Below, piece after piece: positions 9,783 to 19,449 of a stretch of DNA of 64,000 nucleotides; the stretch's first letter is position 1, and each line of letters begins with the position of its first letter. The notes under the pieces were generated by a model, which was given only the letters and a program-made list of their open reading frames with translations, did no database searches and had not been told where the DNA came from. Source of the DNA: a virus (Duplodnaviria; Caudoviricetes); IMG/VR virus record IMGVR_UViG_3300035034_000127, positions 8,031-72,030 of that record, one strand, 5' to 3'. A program made the position numbers and the translations under genes.

Positions 9783-11000
9783 TTACTTAGTATTACCATA
9801 ATGAATAACTGTGCTTACACTGGATGTTATTTTACGCCAAGGATCGACTATAATACTAAAAGGAGGTATTGAACAGTACAGTTCATCTACTGACTGTTTA
9901 CCTGTATACTCGTAAGTAACCGAAGCAGAGTGTGCCATTAAGAATACGCCTGGTTCTGTAGGTTGATAATCATCACCAGTGTACGGATCTATATACGTGG
10001 GCAGAAATCCTGCTTTTTCACAATAATATCCAACCAGTAAACTGTAACTTCCGTCAACGTACGGAACCCTTGGCTTATACGCTTTTCCATGGATGTATAT
10101 GGGCATATTGTGTTGTTTAGCTTGCTCAACTAATACTTTTGCTAGATTCTCTGCCTGGGTCTCCCTTGACTGCATAACGGCACCAAACAGATCGTACCCT
10201 AGATCTAGCTTTTCTGCCAAATAGCGTAGAGCAATGTTATCTCTTGGGTGACAACCACCACCGTCGCCCATTCCTGCTGTCATGTACTGTTTGCCCATAA
10301 TGCGCATATCAGACTCAGCTAATGCTTTAGTCACAACATCAACGTCAATATTGCCTTGCTTTTGCGCAACGTCTTGTATCATATTCACTAACCCAATCTT
10401 AGTTGATATAAAGGTATTGTAAAACACTTTGATGCACTCGCACTCGTCCCAAGTACCGACAACATAACGAGGATCGTTCTTCATGATAGTTTTATAGAAC
10501 TCTATTAGTTCGTTAGCATCACCTGTCTCGTTGCCGTCACAAGTACCTATCATTACCATCTCTGGATTTACCATATCCCACTTAACGCTGCCCATAGCAA
10601 TAAGATACGGGTTGTAAACAAATCTAGTGTTGTCTACTAACTCAACAAACTCTCTTCTTGTAGTGCCCGGAAGAACAGTTGATACGAGAACTAGTAATTG
10701 GTTCTCATTCATATACTGGTTTGCTTCTGCTAACACAACTTTGACTATATCATAAGAAAAGTCTTTTGGCGTTAAATGCGCAGTCGGAATACTGCCGTCG
10801 TAGTCTGGGTCGTGTGGTGTCGGCACTGCCACAAATACAATATCTGTGTCCTCTACACATTCTTTAATCGAGTCTACTATATAAACTGTGTCGCTTGCGC
10901 AATGCGCAACGTCATATCCTTTAACACAGTGTCCGTTGCTTGACATTACTTCAGCGCAGGGCATGCCTAATTTACCTGTACCTATAAATCCTATGTTCAT
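9783..11000 (-). CDS. ugd: UDP-glucose/GDP-mannose dehydrogenase family protein
   Basis: Rossmann GFIGTGKLG, VAVPTP, STVLPGTT, YNP, catalytic Lys region (IKVFYNTF) and catalytic Cys motif GGGCHPRD. Confidence 0.9.
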   Translation of the reverse strand: MNIGFIGTGKLGMPCAEVMSSNGHCVKGYDVAHCASDTVYIVDSIKECVEDTDIVFVAVPTPHDPDYDGSIPTAHLTPKDFSYDIVKVVLAEANQYMNENQLLVLVSTVLPGTTRREFVELVDNTRFVYNPYLIAMGSVKWDMVNPEMVMIGTCDGNETGDANELIEFYKTIMKNDPRYVVGTWDECECIKVFYNTFISTKIGLVNMIQDVAQKQGNIDVDVVTKALAESDMRIMGKQYMTAGMGDGGGCHPRDNIALRYLAEKLDLGYDLFGAVMQSRETQAENLAKVLVEQAKQHNMPIYIHGKAYKPRVPYVDGSYSLLVGYYCEKAGFLPTYIDPYTGDDYQPTEPGVFLMAHSASVTYEYTGKQSVDELYCSIPPFSIIVDPWRKITSSVSTVIHYGNTK

Positions 11001-11029
11001 CGTAGCTCCTGTTAGTTAATTTATTTACT

Positions 11030-12313
11030 CTACCCGTTGCAATGTTTCATTAATATCGGCACTAGCTGTGATTCGGTACACCTTGCGGGAGAGTTTTTAA
11101 CCAAATACGCATTGTGTAATAGATCTTCTGTCATATCATACAGCATATTAGCCCATTGCTCTGCCGGTATTGCTTGAAGCCTATCAAATTCTGCTAACAC
11201 CATCCTTAGGCGTTTAACATCATCTGGCTCACTATCATAGCTGTGATCAATGTAAGTGTCAAAAGTATTGTAGCCAAACTCTTTTAGAAATTTAATATTA
11301 TTCATGGGACCGCACTGAATAAAAGGCTGTAGCATAGCACACGATTTTAATGTCTTTTCTGTTAAGAACGGATACGGTGCATTAGGTGAGTGTGTTTCTG
11401 TTACTAACTGGAAGCTAGAATTAAGTCCGTGTATCCATCCAGTAGTAGGAGCTAGATTTACTTGAAGATCAGCTTCTTTTTCTTTGATACTAGGGTATAT
11501 ATCTCCTGCTGTTTCTAGTATCTTAAACTGATTTTCGTACTCAGGAAAATAGCTTCTCCAATTAAACCACCGAGACTCTTTTGGAATTTTAGAAAACGTC
11601 CCTAAGCTAAACAACGTCTGGTCTTCGTACTTCTTGTTCATTATGTGCGCTACTATCACAGTACGATGTTGACGAGGTAGTCTGTTATAGCATAAAGATT
11701 TATATGGCATTATCGACTTACGTAATATCAACGACAACTTTTCTTGAATGTATTCGTTATGATTGTCTAAGTTAACAAAGTCAAAAAGATCATACCCAGT
11801 AACAACATTGTATCTTTTATTTGTTAATGCATCGTCTGATAACAATCTTCCTGTACTTCCAAACGACGATGACCCTGTAAGTAAAGTGACATTATCTGGG
11901 GTTGTATTAAGAGTTTGCAATAACTTTGCTGTATCAGTCCCCCATTGTTCATTAAGTTGCTCACATTCGGTAGAAAAGTCAATTATCCAATGCACTCGTC
12001 CTTTTCTATTATCTTTCTTAACACGCAGTGGCATTGGATATCTAGATAGTTTTAGACGACTATCTCTGTGAAATGCAAACATTGGGTTGTAAGCCTTATC
12101 AAGTATATCTCTGTACACACTTATATAAATTATGTATTTTTCTCCAGGTACAATTTCATCTAGGGTCTTGTGATCGCACAGGCCAAATTTATCATAAAGA
12201 GCATTCCATCTGTTCATATCAAAACTGTGCGACCAGTTGGAATGCTTGTGAGGCAATCCTGCCAGTAACTTGTGTTTGTGCTTTGTTACTAGTATATTAA
12301 TTCTTTTATTCAT
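11030..12313 (-). CDS. Putative glycosyltransferase-like protein (C-terminal VTET...TEK motif, reminiscent of GT10/GT-B)
   Basis: LCYNR..R.HR, FQLVTET, FLTEKTLK, QPFI..G, FGYNTFD..IDHSYD; lies between sugar-metabolism genes. Family assignment is inference. Confidence 0.45.
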   Translation of the reverse strand: MNKRINILVTKHKHKLLAGLPHKHSNWSHSFDMNRWNALYDKFGLCDHKTLDEIVPGEKYIIYISVYRDILDKAYNPMFAFHRDSRLKLSRYPMPLRVKKDNRKGRVHWIIDFSTECEQLNEQWGTDTAKLLQTLNTTPDNVTLLTGSSSFGSTGRLLSDDALTNKRYNVVTGYDLFDFVNLDNHNEYIQEKLSLILRKSIMPYKSLCYNRLPRQHRTVIVAHIMNKKYEDQTLFSLGTFSKIPKESRWFNWRSYFPEYENQFKILETAGDIYPSIKEKEADLQVNLAPTTGWIHGLNSSFQLVTETHSPNAPYPFLTEKTLKSCAMLQPFIQCGPMNNIKFLKEFGYNTFDTYIDHSYDSEPDDVKRLRMVLAEFDRLQAIPAEQWANMLYDMTEDLLHNAYLVKNSPARCTESQLVPILMKHCNG

Positions 12314-13212
12314 ACGCTCCTTCTAATAATTCGCGGAGTGTTCTCGTAAACTTGCTTAAAGAATGCCGAACCCATTGAGTCAAGGGCTGCAATTTCGAGA
12401 CCTGCGTTGACACGTAATACCGTGCCAAGTTCTTGCATTTTTTCATCAACGCAGGTCTCGGTCATGCCTTTGTACTTTTCGTTCCATAAACTTGTCAGGT
12501 ACTCAAAATCTCTCACCTGATTGTGATCCCAGTCAGTGCAAGCTGTTAGGTAACATCCCTCGCGGGCCCCTAACATACTCCAGAGCCCGTTTTTTACATC
12601 TGCTCCCACATTACACCAAATTAATAATCGTTGATAGTTCTGCCACCACACGTCTTTAATGTTATTAGCCTTTACTCCTTGATCAAGACTCATTTTTACA
12701 CCTTCACGAAATCCAGCGCGCCAGGCCTGGAAAGGACTAGAACAAATGAAGCTAGTACTGTAGTTTTCATTAAACTGGTAATATCTATGATCAAAACAAA
12801 AATCAACTGCGCCGTCGGCGTCATCTACTTCTGCTGCTTCGTGCGTCCTCATGTTTTCAACAAACTTCTTGGTCCACAATTTGAGACCGCCGTTGCCGTA
12901 CATTAATCCATTGACTGAAATCTTGCCGCACCAACTAAACACGTGATCTTGGGTCAGTTCTAACTTGTCTAAATCTATTTGCACTTGAAGGAACGCTGGG
13001 TCAACAATGTTGTCAGCGTCTACAGTAACAAAATACTCAGTCTCTGACAGTGCTGCACACGCTTTATGGGCTGCGTCACTGCCTTTAACACCGTGTACGC
13101 GCTTGGACCACGGTACCTTAGAACACAGGTCTGCGTAATTCTTCTCTGCGTTTGGCTCGTCGTAAGAGAGGAAGATTATATCACACTCTACTACGTTAAT
13201 CACGCTTGACAT
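12310..13212 (-). CDS. GT-A fold glycosyltransferase-like protein
   Basis: DIIFLSYDEPNAE..., RVHGVKG, DxD motif (VTVDADN), GLMYGNGGLKL, AWRAGFRE; paralog of 9059..9748. Confidence 0.65.
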   Translation of the reverse strand: MSSVINVVECDIIFLSYDEPNAEKNYADLCSKVPWSKRVHGVKGSDAAHKACAALSETEYFVTVDADNIVDPAFLQVQIDLDKLELTQDHVFSWCGKISVNGLMYGNGGLKLWTKKFVENMRTHEAAEVDDADGAVDFCFDHRYYQFNENYSTSFICSSPFQAWRAGFREGVKMSLDQGVKANNIKDVWWQNYQRLLIWCNVGADVKNGLWSMLGAREGCYLTACTDWDHNQVRDFEYLTSLWNEKYKGMTETCVDEKMQELGTVLRVNAGLEIAALDSMGSAFFKQVYENTPRIIRRSV

Positions 13213-13826
13213 TAAATTTCCTCTATTGAATATGTTTCAAAAAACTTAGTTGTATATATGCTGATGTTTTTTAACTTGGTATTATAACGAAATAGCGCAG
13301 TTAGGTCTAGGTAGTCGTTGGTCAAAAGGTCTTGTAGGTTAACTGAAAAGTGTTCATGCAGAATATTAGGATCGTTATTTGCAGTTATACTAAAGTTCAA
13401 ACTCAGTTTGGCACATTGATGCAGTAAGACTTTATCTAATCGTAGACTGTTGCTAGCTGATAATCTTAGAATGTTGTTGTTTATGTCCTTAACGAATTTT
13501 ATATCAGCAGGTTTGTTAGTAATTGGAATTTGATACAATTGCTGTCTGATGTCTGCTGATTGATGTTTACGTACTACTTCGTTAAGAGCTATTCGTTTTA
13601 ACGTGGCGTTGAATGCTACAAAAAACTCACTAAATTGTCTTTTTCCTAGCTTTAGCTCTTTTACTTCGCTGTAATCGACTTCCAGTACCTCGTAGTCTTC
13701 TACTTTAGATTGCCTATTAGCAATCTTAACAATTTCCCCTGTCTCTTGTACATAGTGAACGTAACCTTTTATATTATTTGAAGTTTCTACTGTCATTTGA
13801 TTAACTAGGTCTGTAAAATTAGACAT
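13212..13826 (-). CDS. Hypothetical protein
   Basis: 204-aa ORF translationally coupled within the glycosyltransferase operon; no motif recognised. Confidence 0.75.
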   Translation of the reverse strand: MSNFTDLVNQMTVETSNNIKGYVHYVQETGEIVKIANRQSKVEDYEVLEVDYSEVKELKLGKRQFSEFFVAFNATLKRIALNEVVRKHQSADIRQQLYQIPITNKPADIKFVKDINNNILRLSASNSLRLDKVLLHQCAKLSLNFSITANNDPNILHEHFSVNLQDLLTNDYLDLTALFRYNTKLKNISIYTTKFFETYSIEEI

Positions 13827-14670
13827 TTAGGTATCTCCTATACGTGTCAAGTACTGAGTTTTCTTTCACAAAGCTGTTTTCAGTATAGTGAAATATGCCT
13901 GTCTGCAAGTAGTTTCCTATCTTTAGCTCACAGTTATCGTTAATATAAGTTCCTACAGATTCCTGCCAGCTTGTCTGTACACTTTTCCAGTCCTGTGCGT
14001 GGGGTTTCATGTGAGTGAAACATGGGAACTTAGCAACCTTATTAGTAATATTACTTTCGCAGGCAAGTATCTTTGTAACAATTGCTGCACATACGTCTAC
14101 GCTGTAATGCTGTGGACTACTACTGTCCTTGTTTGCATATAATTCATAAAACTTCTCCCAATTGTATGTTACAAATTCCAACCATCTATAAAACTCATGA
14201 GCAAAGTCACATTTCTTAAAATAATGAAACCCACTATATATATTTGGCAAATCGTTAATTACAAAAGTTTTTCTATAAACACTGCTGGTTACTAATTCGT
14301 TTCTGTACGTATGAACCGCACTAGTAAAGTACAGATCGTAGTTGTTAAGAAAAGTTACCCAGTTAGATATATCCTGTAGTACCAACATATCTGTATCCAT
14401 TACAATAGTTCTTTCGTAAGGTGTAGAGTGATATATCTTCCAGCGGTTTTCTACCTTCCATTCTTTATTAGCAGCATGGTCGCCAAACGGAATAGGTATT
14501 ATTTTATCAAACAGTGGTTGATACTCCTGCGGCACTGTGTCGTTAGTAACCAAGCTTACAGGGAGAGAAGGATTTGTCACGCTAACGCTCATTGCCAAAA
14601 GACAAGCTTGCTGTACGTAATCGTCATTGGCGTTATTTTGAGCAAGTACTACTATTCCGGTATTATCCAT
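13819..14670 (-). CDS. GT-A fold glycosyltransferase (GT8/mannosyltransferase-like)
   Basis: TPYERTIVMDTDML (DxD), YSGFHYF, HMK, FHY; paralog of the next gene. Confidence 0.7.
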   Translation of the reverse strand: MDNTGIVVLAQNNANDDYVQQACLLAMSVSVTNPSLPVSLVTNDTVPQEYQPLFDKIIPIPFGDHAANKEWKVENRWKIYHSTPYERTIVMDTDMLVLQDISNWVTFLNNYDLYFTSAVHTYRNELVTSSVYRKTFVINDLPNIYSGFHYFKKCDFAHEFYRWLEFVTYNWEKFYELYANKDSSSPQHYSVDVCAAIVTKILACESNITNKVAKFPCFTHMKPHAQDWKSVQTSWQESVGTYINDNCELKIGNYLQTGIFHYTENSFVKENSVLDTYRRYLNV

Positions 14671-15514
14671 TTGTTACCTTGTCTATTGCTCTATTCAAAC
14701 TGAGCTTGTTCATTACATGGACAGTTTGTCCTTGTGTTTTTATTGGGGTATATTCTCCAAGTCGATGTTTCTTTTCAACAAGAAACATCATCTCGTCGTC
14801 TTGTAGTCGCCAAAGAATGTCTTTATCTGTGACATAAAGTATTTTTCCCGGCATACTCGCAGTAAAATTACCCTTCTGAAAGCCGTTCATAATGTGTATA
14901 GCGATACTAAAAGCAAAGTCATTTCTGAACATAGTAGTTGAGAGTTGGTAAACTTTAACATAGTGTGTCCAATTATCTTGAACATGCTTTACTAGATCAA
15001 AGAAAGTACTGTTGATCTCATTTTTTCTAAAGAAAATACATGTAGCCCAGTAAAACTCTACGCCGCAATCGCTTATATATTCAAATTCCGACACATCTCG
15101 GACGTTTCCTAGGTCGTGTGATTCTTTATATATTAAAAAGTCACGAGACGACGTAAAACAATTTTTGTATATGTCATTACAAATAACAATATCGGTGTCT
15201 AACAACAAAGTTTCTGAGTAAGGACTTAGGGCATAAGCATCTGACCGCCGTCTATTGTTGAAGCTGGCAGAAGCATGAGCCATTGCTCCGTCAAAGTAAA
15301 GTCTACTATTTTCATCACTGTATTTTTCTAGTGAAATTACGTGATCAAAGGTATCAGGAAAGTTATCGTTGAGATAGCGGGGGCTGTCTGTTACAATACT
15401 TGTAGGAAGATCTAAATAATATTTTACTCTGTCTGCCAAGAAAGCAGCCTGCTTGACATAGTCAATGTGACCGTTGTTTCTAGCAAAGACCAAGACACCT
15501 CTAGTCTTTGTCAT
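14663..15514 (-). CDS. GT-A fold glycosyltransferase (GT8/mannosyltransferase-like)
   Basis: SPYSETLLLDTDIV (DxD), RNDFAFSIA, HVMNK. Confidence 0.7.
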   Translation of the reverse strand: MTKTRGVLVFARNNGHIDYVKQAAFLADRVKYYLDLPTSIVTDSPRYLNDNFPDTFDHVISLEKYSDENSRLYFDGAMAHASASFNNRRRSDAYALSPYSETLLLDTDIVICNDIYKNCFTSSRDFLIYKESHDLGNVRDVSEFEYISDCGVEFYWATCIFFRKNEINSTFFDLVKHVQDNWTHYVKVYQLSTTMFRNDFAFSIAIHIMNGFQKGNFTASMPGKILYVTDKDILWRLQDDEMMFLVEKKHRLGEYTPIKTQGQTVHVMNKLSLNRAIDKVTNG

Positions 15515-15860
15515 AATTGACCAACTTTGCTGGACTTCGGTTTTTCTTTAGCTGCTCGTATTGTGTGTGATAACTGTTTGATGCACTAAAGTATACATCG
15601 AGAATACTGTCGTAGAAATCAGTAAGATCGTCTATTGATGCAGGTGTGTCGTTGTCGTCTACAAGTACGACCGTATCATTGCCTTTATCTACTAACATAT
15701 TTACAAATGTTATTAGCTCACTGGAAACAGTAAACTGACTTCCTTTATAAAAGTAGAGTAACTCTTCGTGATAGTTTTCTTTAAGTAGTCTTTTCTGGTT
15801 GGTTAACGTAACCATGTAATTAGAAAAGTCTAGTGCTTTTTCTAGTCGCTCGTCCATCAA
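15501..15860 (-). CDS. Hypothetical protein, first gene of the glycosyltransferase operon
   Basis: 119 aa with RBS AGGAG upstream (start TTG 15860 or ATG 15857). Confidence 0.8.
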   Translation of the reverse strand: MMDERLEKALDFSNYMVTLTNQKRLLKENYHEELLYFYKGSQFTVSSELITFVNMLVDKGNDTVVLVDDNDTPASIDDLTDFYDSILDVYFSASNSYHTQYEQLKKNRSPAKLVNYDKD

Positions 15861-15880
15861 AATCTCCTATATGTTACACA

Positions 15881-15909
15881 ATTATATAGTAGTTTAACAT
15901 TCTTGTCAA
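15881..15909 (-). promoter_or_regulatory. Consensus sigma70 promoter
   Basis: Minus strand TTGACA (15909-15904), 17-nt spacer, TATAAT (15886-15881). Confidence 0.85.
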
Positions 15910-15921
15910 GGAGAGTTTTGG

Positions 15922-16938
15922 TTATAATCCAGAGATTAGAGTTCCTACTATAGCACCGTCATAGCTCACAGTATCCGTAACTACTCCATTGATAGTAGCA
16001 CTACCGTCTGGAATTAGGACTGACACGTTGCTCGAAAAGTCCCCAAACACTGCTTCGTCAATAGGAGTATCTGGTGGCGGAGATGACACTGCGTTGCCAT
16101 CAACAAATAACACTCGAACTCTTACAGTAGTGTCATTAAGTGACAGGGCTTGTATTGTATAGTAATTATTAACGTAAGCATTAGAAAATGCATAAAAGTA
16201 CAATTGCTGATAGGATCCAGTAAGGGAGTAATTGCCAACACTGGTGTTTTTATTGGTATAGAATGCTGTAGTATTACCAATAAAACTGCGATTGCCTGCT
16301 ATACTATAAGCATCTAAGTCGTTCATCCTGTTGGCCCAATCAACTGATTTAGCTTGACTACCTGAATAGTTCACATCAGCATCTACTCGAATTTCGCCTC
16401 CTGCGTTAAAAAAGTGTCTTCTATCAGCAGCATTCTCAAAAGATACATCAAATATGTGAATTAGCTGTCCGTCCCATGTTCCTCTAACAGACTGATCGTA
16501 AACAGATGAAATCGAATTACTAAACTGATCGAACACTAACGAAGTACTGGCTTGTGATGCGGCATCAATACTGAACCTGTCAGTCTCAACGTTGCTTGCT
16601 AGAGTTTCTAATAATTGTATGTAGGACTCGTCGATAATATCAGCGCCTGGATTGTTGTTAATATCTCCTTCGGGATAAGGTAAAATTGTAACGTTGCCGG
16701 AACCTAATTGATGAATACGAGATCGTATCAAGTCAAAGTATATCTCTTCGTATTCTTGTACAGATATCTTATTGGTGTCTGTGTTATTGTCTTCGAAGTT
16801 GCCGACTACATCACTAGTAGAAATAAAGTCGCCATAACCGTACGTAGGAGTTAAAGGAGAAGATACTCCTAGTACTAGGTTTACTGTATCTCTAAGGGCA
16901 TTATATCTTGCTGCTGTTACTGGTGTCGTGGTTGCCAT
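15922..16938 (-). CDS. Virion structural protein (tail-associated), paralog of 16984..17910
   Basis: Shares V.AAR...L...LVLG...GYG and RRxFFNxGGEIR motifs with the neighbour; located in the tail module. Confidence 0.6.
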   Translation of the reverse strand: MATTTPVTAARYNALRDTVNLVLGVSSPLTPTYGYGDFISTSDVVGNFEDNNTDTNKISVQEYEEIYFDLIRSRIHQLGSGNVTILPYPEGDINNNPGADIIDESYIQLLETLASNVETDRFSIDAASQASTSLVFDQFSNSISSVYDQSVRGTWDGQLIHIFDVSFENAADRRHFFNAGGEIRVDADVNYSGSQAKSVDWANRMNDLDAYSIAGNRSFIGNTTAFYTNKNTSVGNYSLTGSYQQLYFYAFSNAYVNNYYTIQALSLNDTTVRVRVLFVDGNAVSSPPPDTPIDEAVFGDFSSNVSVLIPDGSATINGVVTDTVSYDGAIVGTLISGL

Positions 16939-16983
16939 AATATTGTCTCTTGTATTGTTATAATTATACTATCAGAAACAAAT

Positions 16984-17910
16984 TTATGCAAGAGTTGATT
17001 GATTGGAAAAACTAGGACCTGCAACTGATACATTAATGCTATTTGCTCGTAGTTGATTAACACTGCTTTCTAATTTACCGTCGACATTATCGTCTATGTT
17101 TCCTACGAAAGCTGCGTCGTTAAACTGTATTTTGAATAGAATAACGTTAGGATTTGCCTCAGGTTGCGTTGCTTGAATTGTGTAGATGTTCGAAGAGTAA
17201 ATACCTGACCCAGTCTTGCTGTATATTCCTTGATAATTGTCTGTTAATTGATAATTACCAATGGCAGCCGCGGCGCCCGAACCAGTAGTCACTGTGCTAT
17301 TACTTTTAAATTTTACAGTACCCATATTCGATAATAAATTTACCCAGTCAGCTCCTTTGCTGCCCGACGAACTAGTAAGATTGGCACTAAACCGAATTTC
17401 GCCGCCTGTATTAAAAAAATAACGTCGTTCATTAGCATCGGCAAATGTTACTTGTACTTCGTGTGTTATTGTCCCGTTCCACGGAGATTCTCGTCGATCA
17501 GAAATACCTGTTTCTAGCTCAGCCTGAGTCGGTACATCTATTAAAGCTTTTTCTGTTTCAATTACGGACATTAGGTTTTCGTAGTCAACCATACCTTTTA
17601 ACGAGCCATTTACATCAGACGTTGTTACTCCGTCGTCATCAACAAAAAAGCTAGCATCTTCAGCTACAATATTTCTGTCTTTTATTAGCAAAGCAATCAT
17701 CGTGCTAGTAATTCCTACTTGATGTGCTCTTGCATTAATCATATCTCTATATATACTGTTGATATCTTCAGCAAGTATAAAGTTGTTCTGGTTGCTTACC
17801 GGAGCACTTTCGACCAGTTGCCCGTAACCAAACTGTCCTGCGCCTTCTCCTAATACTAGTTTAATGCGTTCGTGTAAGTTTGTTACTCTTGCTGCTGTAA
17901 CGTTTGCCAT
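16984..17910 (-). CDS. Virion structural protein (tail-associated)
   Basis: RRYFFNTGGEIRFS motif; Ser/Gly/Thr-rich beta character; paralog of the adjacent gene. Confidence 0.6.
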   Translation of the reverse strand: MANVTAARVTNLHERIKLVLGEGAGQFGYGQLVESAPVSNQNNFILAEDINSIYRDMINARAHQVGITSTMIALLIKDRNIVAEDASFFVDDDGVTTSDVNGSLKGMVDYENLMSVIETEKALIDVPTQAELETGISDRRESPWNGTITHEVQVTFADANERRYFFNTGGEIRFSANLTSSSGSKGADWVNLLSNMGTVKFKSNSTVTTGSGAAAAIGNYQLTDNYQGIYSKTGSGIYSSNIYTIQATQPEANPNVILFKIQFNDAAFVGNIDDNVDGKLESSVNQLRANSINVSVAGPSFSNQSTLA

Positions 17911-17919
17911 GCTGGATCC

Positions 17920-19410
17920 TTAAACCTTTAGTACACATTCTACTAGCTTTTCATTTTCATCATTGCTAGACTCTAGTGCGATACCTACCATACTTGCTCC
18001 AGTATGTGATGTACATGCTGTGCCTTTTCCATGTACGTAAACTGCTTGACCTTTTTTTACCATACCAACAACTCTCACCGGCACTCGACCTTTTAATCCA
18101 ACTGCTTGACCGGGTGCATCGCTATTCATTAAATATGCAGGGTTTTCTGAAATTACGCCAATTGCAATTTCACCCGCGTTTGCAGCGCCGACGTCGTGGT
18201 CGTTGTGCGCACAGACGGATACCACAGTTCCAACCGGGTATGTTTTGTTAGTTGAATAAATTTCTGCTAGGTCCGCATAACGGGCTTGAGTTGCAGTACC
18301 CTGGAATAAGGTAGCTGATAAGTTGCCAGATGGGTCTCTTACTGCAATAGTGTTTGGAATAGCTGTGACTGAAGCAGTTCTAAAATTAGATCCTACTCTT
18401 AGGTTAGTTGCATTAACAGCTTCACCCCTAAAGTTAGCTGCATACACGTCCTGTATTCTATTGGTTAGTGACCCAAGATTAAACACGTTGTCTGTCGCAG
18501 GTAACATACCAGTAGGACCAAACGTAAACGTAGGAGTAACTGCACCAGCACCGTCAGTAACTTTTATTTTGATAATACTATTTTGGCCTGTGACGTTTTG
18601 TATAACTCCCTGGTTACCGTTTTCTATGTTTAATTGCAAATCGTTAGAATCGCCGATTGCAATGCCAGCGTCTGGAAATTCTACTAAGCTGTCAAAACTA
18701 GCTAGATCCCGTGTTGCAAAGTTTTCTGCTGATATACCACCAAGCTTCTCAGAGTTACTAGCAGTTCCCCAGTAACGGAAATCGTTACCTGCAACTTGTT
18801 GGCTGTTGGTTACTCCATCGTCTGCTAGTCTAGTCCACTTTAGAGTTACGCCTCTTTTGATTCCATCGAACCCAAGAATAGGAGTAGACACTCCTAGAGT
18901 AAAATTATTTGCAGCATTAATAACAAAAATAACTTCGTCGTTAACTGTAGCTGATATCAAATTGCGGACTGCGCCTGTAGCATCAACTACCTCAATACTC
19001 TGCAACTGAGTAACGCCGTTTCCTACGTTTTGCGGACCTACTAGAACAAAGTTAATTCCGTTGTATACATATAATTGATCACTTGATGAATTCCACCAAA
19101 AGTCCCCAACTGACAGTCCAGTTGGCTGAGTCCCAGAAGTCTCTGATCCGCCAGTACTACGCCACTGGGCTCCATCATAAAATTTTAACTTGCTACTTCC
19201 TAAGTCAAACCACACCTGTCCACTCAGTGGCCTGGCCGGTTCGTTAATTCCTGAAAAGTTTTCTAATAAGAACAAAAAGTTCTCGTTATGTAATTCACCG
19301 TAGCCCGAATAGTTCTTGCCGATAAATTTTAAATCAGTTGTTTGGTCAATAGTACCATCATCAACTACTGTTAATAAAGTATTATTGTATCTATCAATTT
19401 GATAAGCCAT
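17920..19410 (-). CDS. Tail fibre-like protein with C-terminal chaperone/autocleavage-like domain
   Basis: Shared N-terminal module (GKNYSGYGE..NENFLFLLENF) and C-terminal ARYADLAEIY...IGVIS.NPAYLMN...GRVPVRV domain typical of fibre chaperone ends. Confidence 0.65.
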   Translation of the reverse strand: MAYQIDRYNNTLLTVVDDGTIDQTTDLKFIGKNYSGYGELHNENFLFLLENFSGINEPARPLSGQVWFDLGSSKLKFYDGAQWRSTGGSETSGTQPTGLSVGDFWWNSSSDQLYVYNGINFVLVGPQNVGNGVTQLQSIEVVDATGAVRNLISATVNDEVIFVINAANNFTLGVSTPILGFDGIKRGVTLKWTRLADDGVTNSQQVAGNDFRYWGTASNSEKLGGISAENFATRDLASFDSLVEFPDAGIAIGDSNDLQLNIENGNQGVIQNVTGQNSIIKIKVTDGAGAVTPTFTFGPTGMLPATDNVFNLGSLTNRIQDVYAANFRGEAVNATNLRVGSNFRTASVTAIPNTIAVRDPSGNLSATLFQGTATQARYADLAEIYSTNKTYPVGTVVSVCAHNDHDVGAANAGEIAIGVISENPAYLMNSDAPGQAVGLKGRVPVRVVGMVKKGQAVYVHGKGTACTSHTGASMVGIALESSNDENEKLVECVLKV

Positions 19411-19449
19411 TTAAGTATAATCCTTAGCGTTTGTATTATTTATCATATA

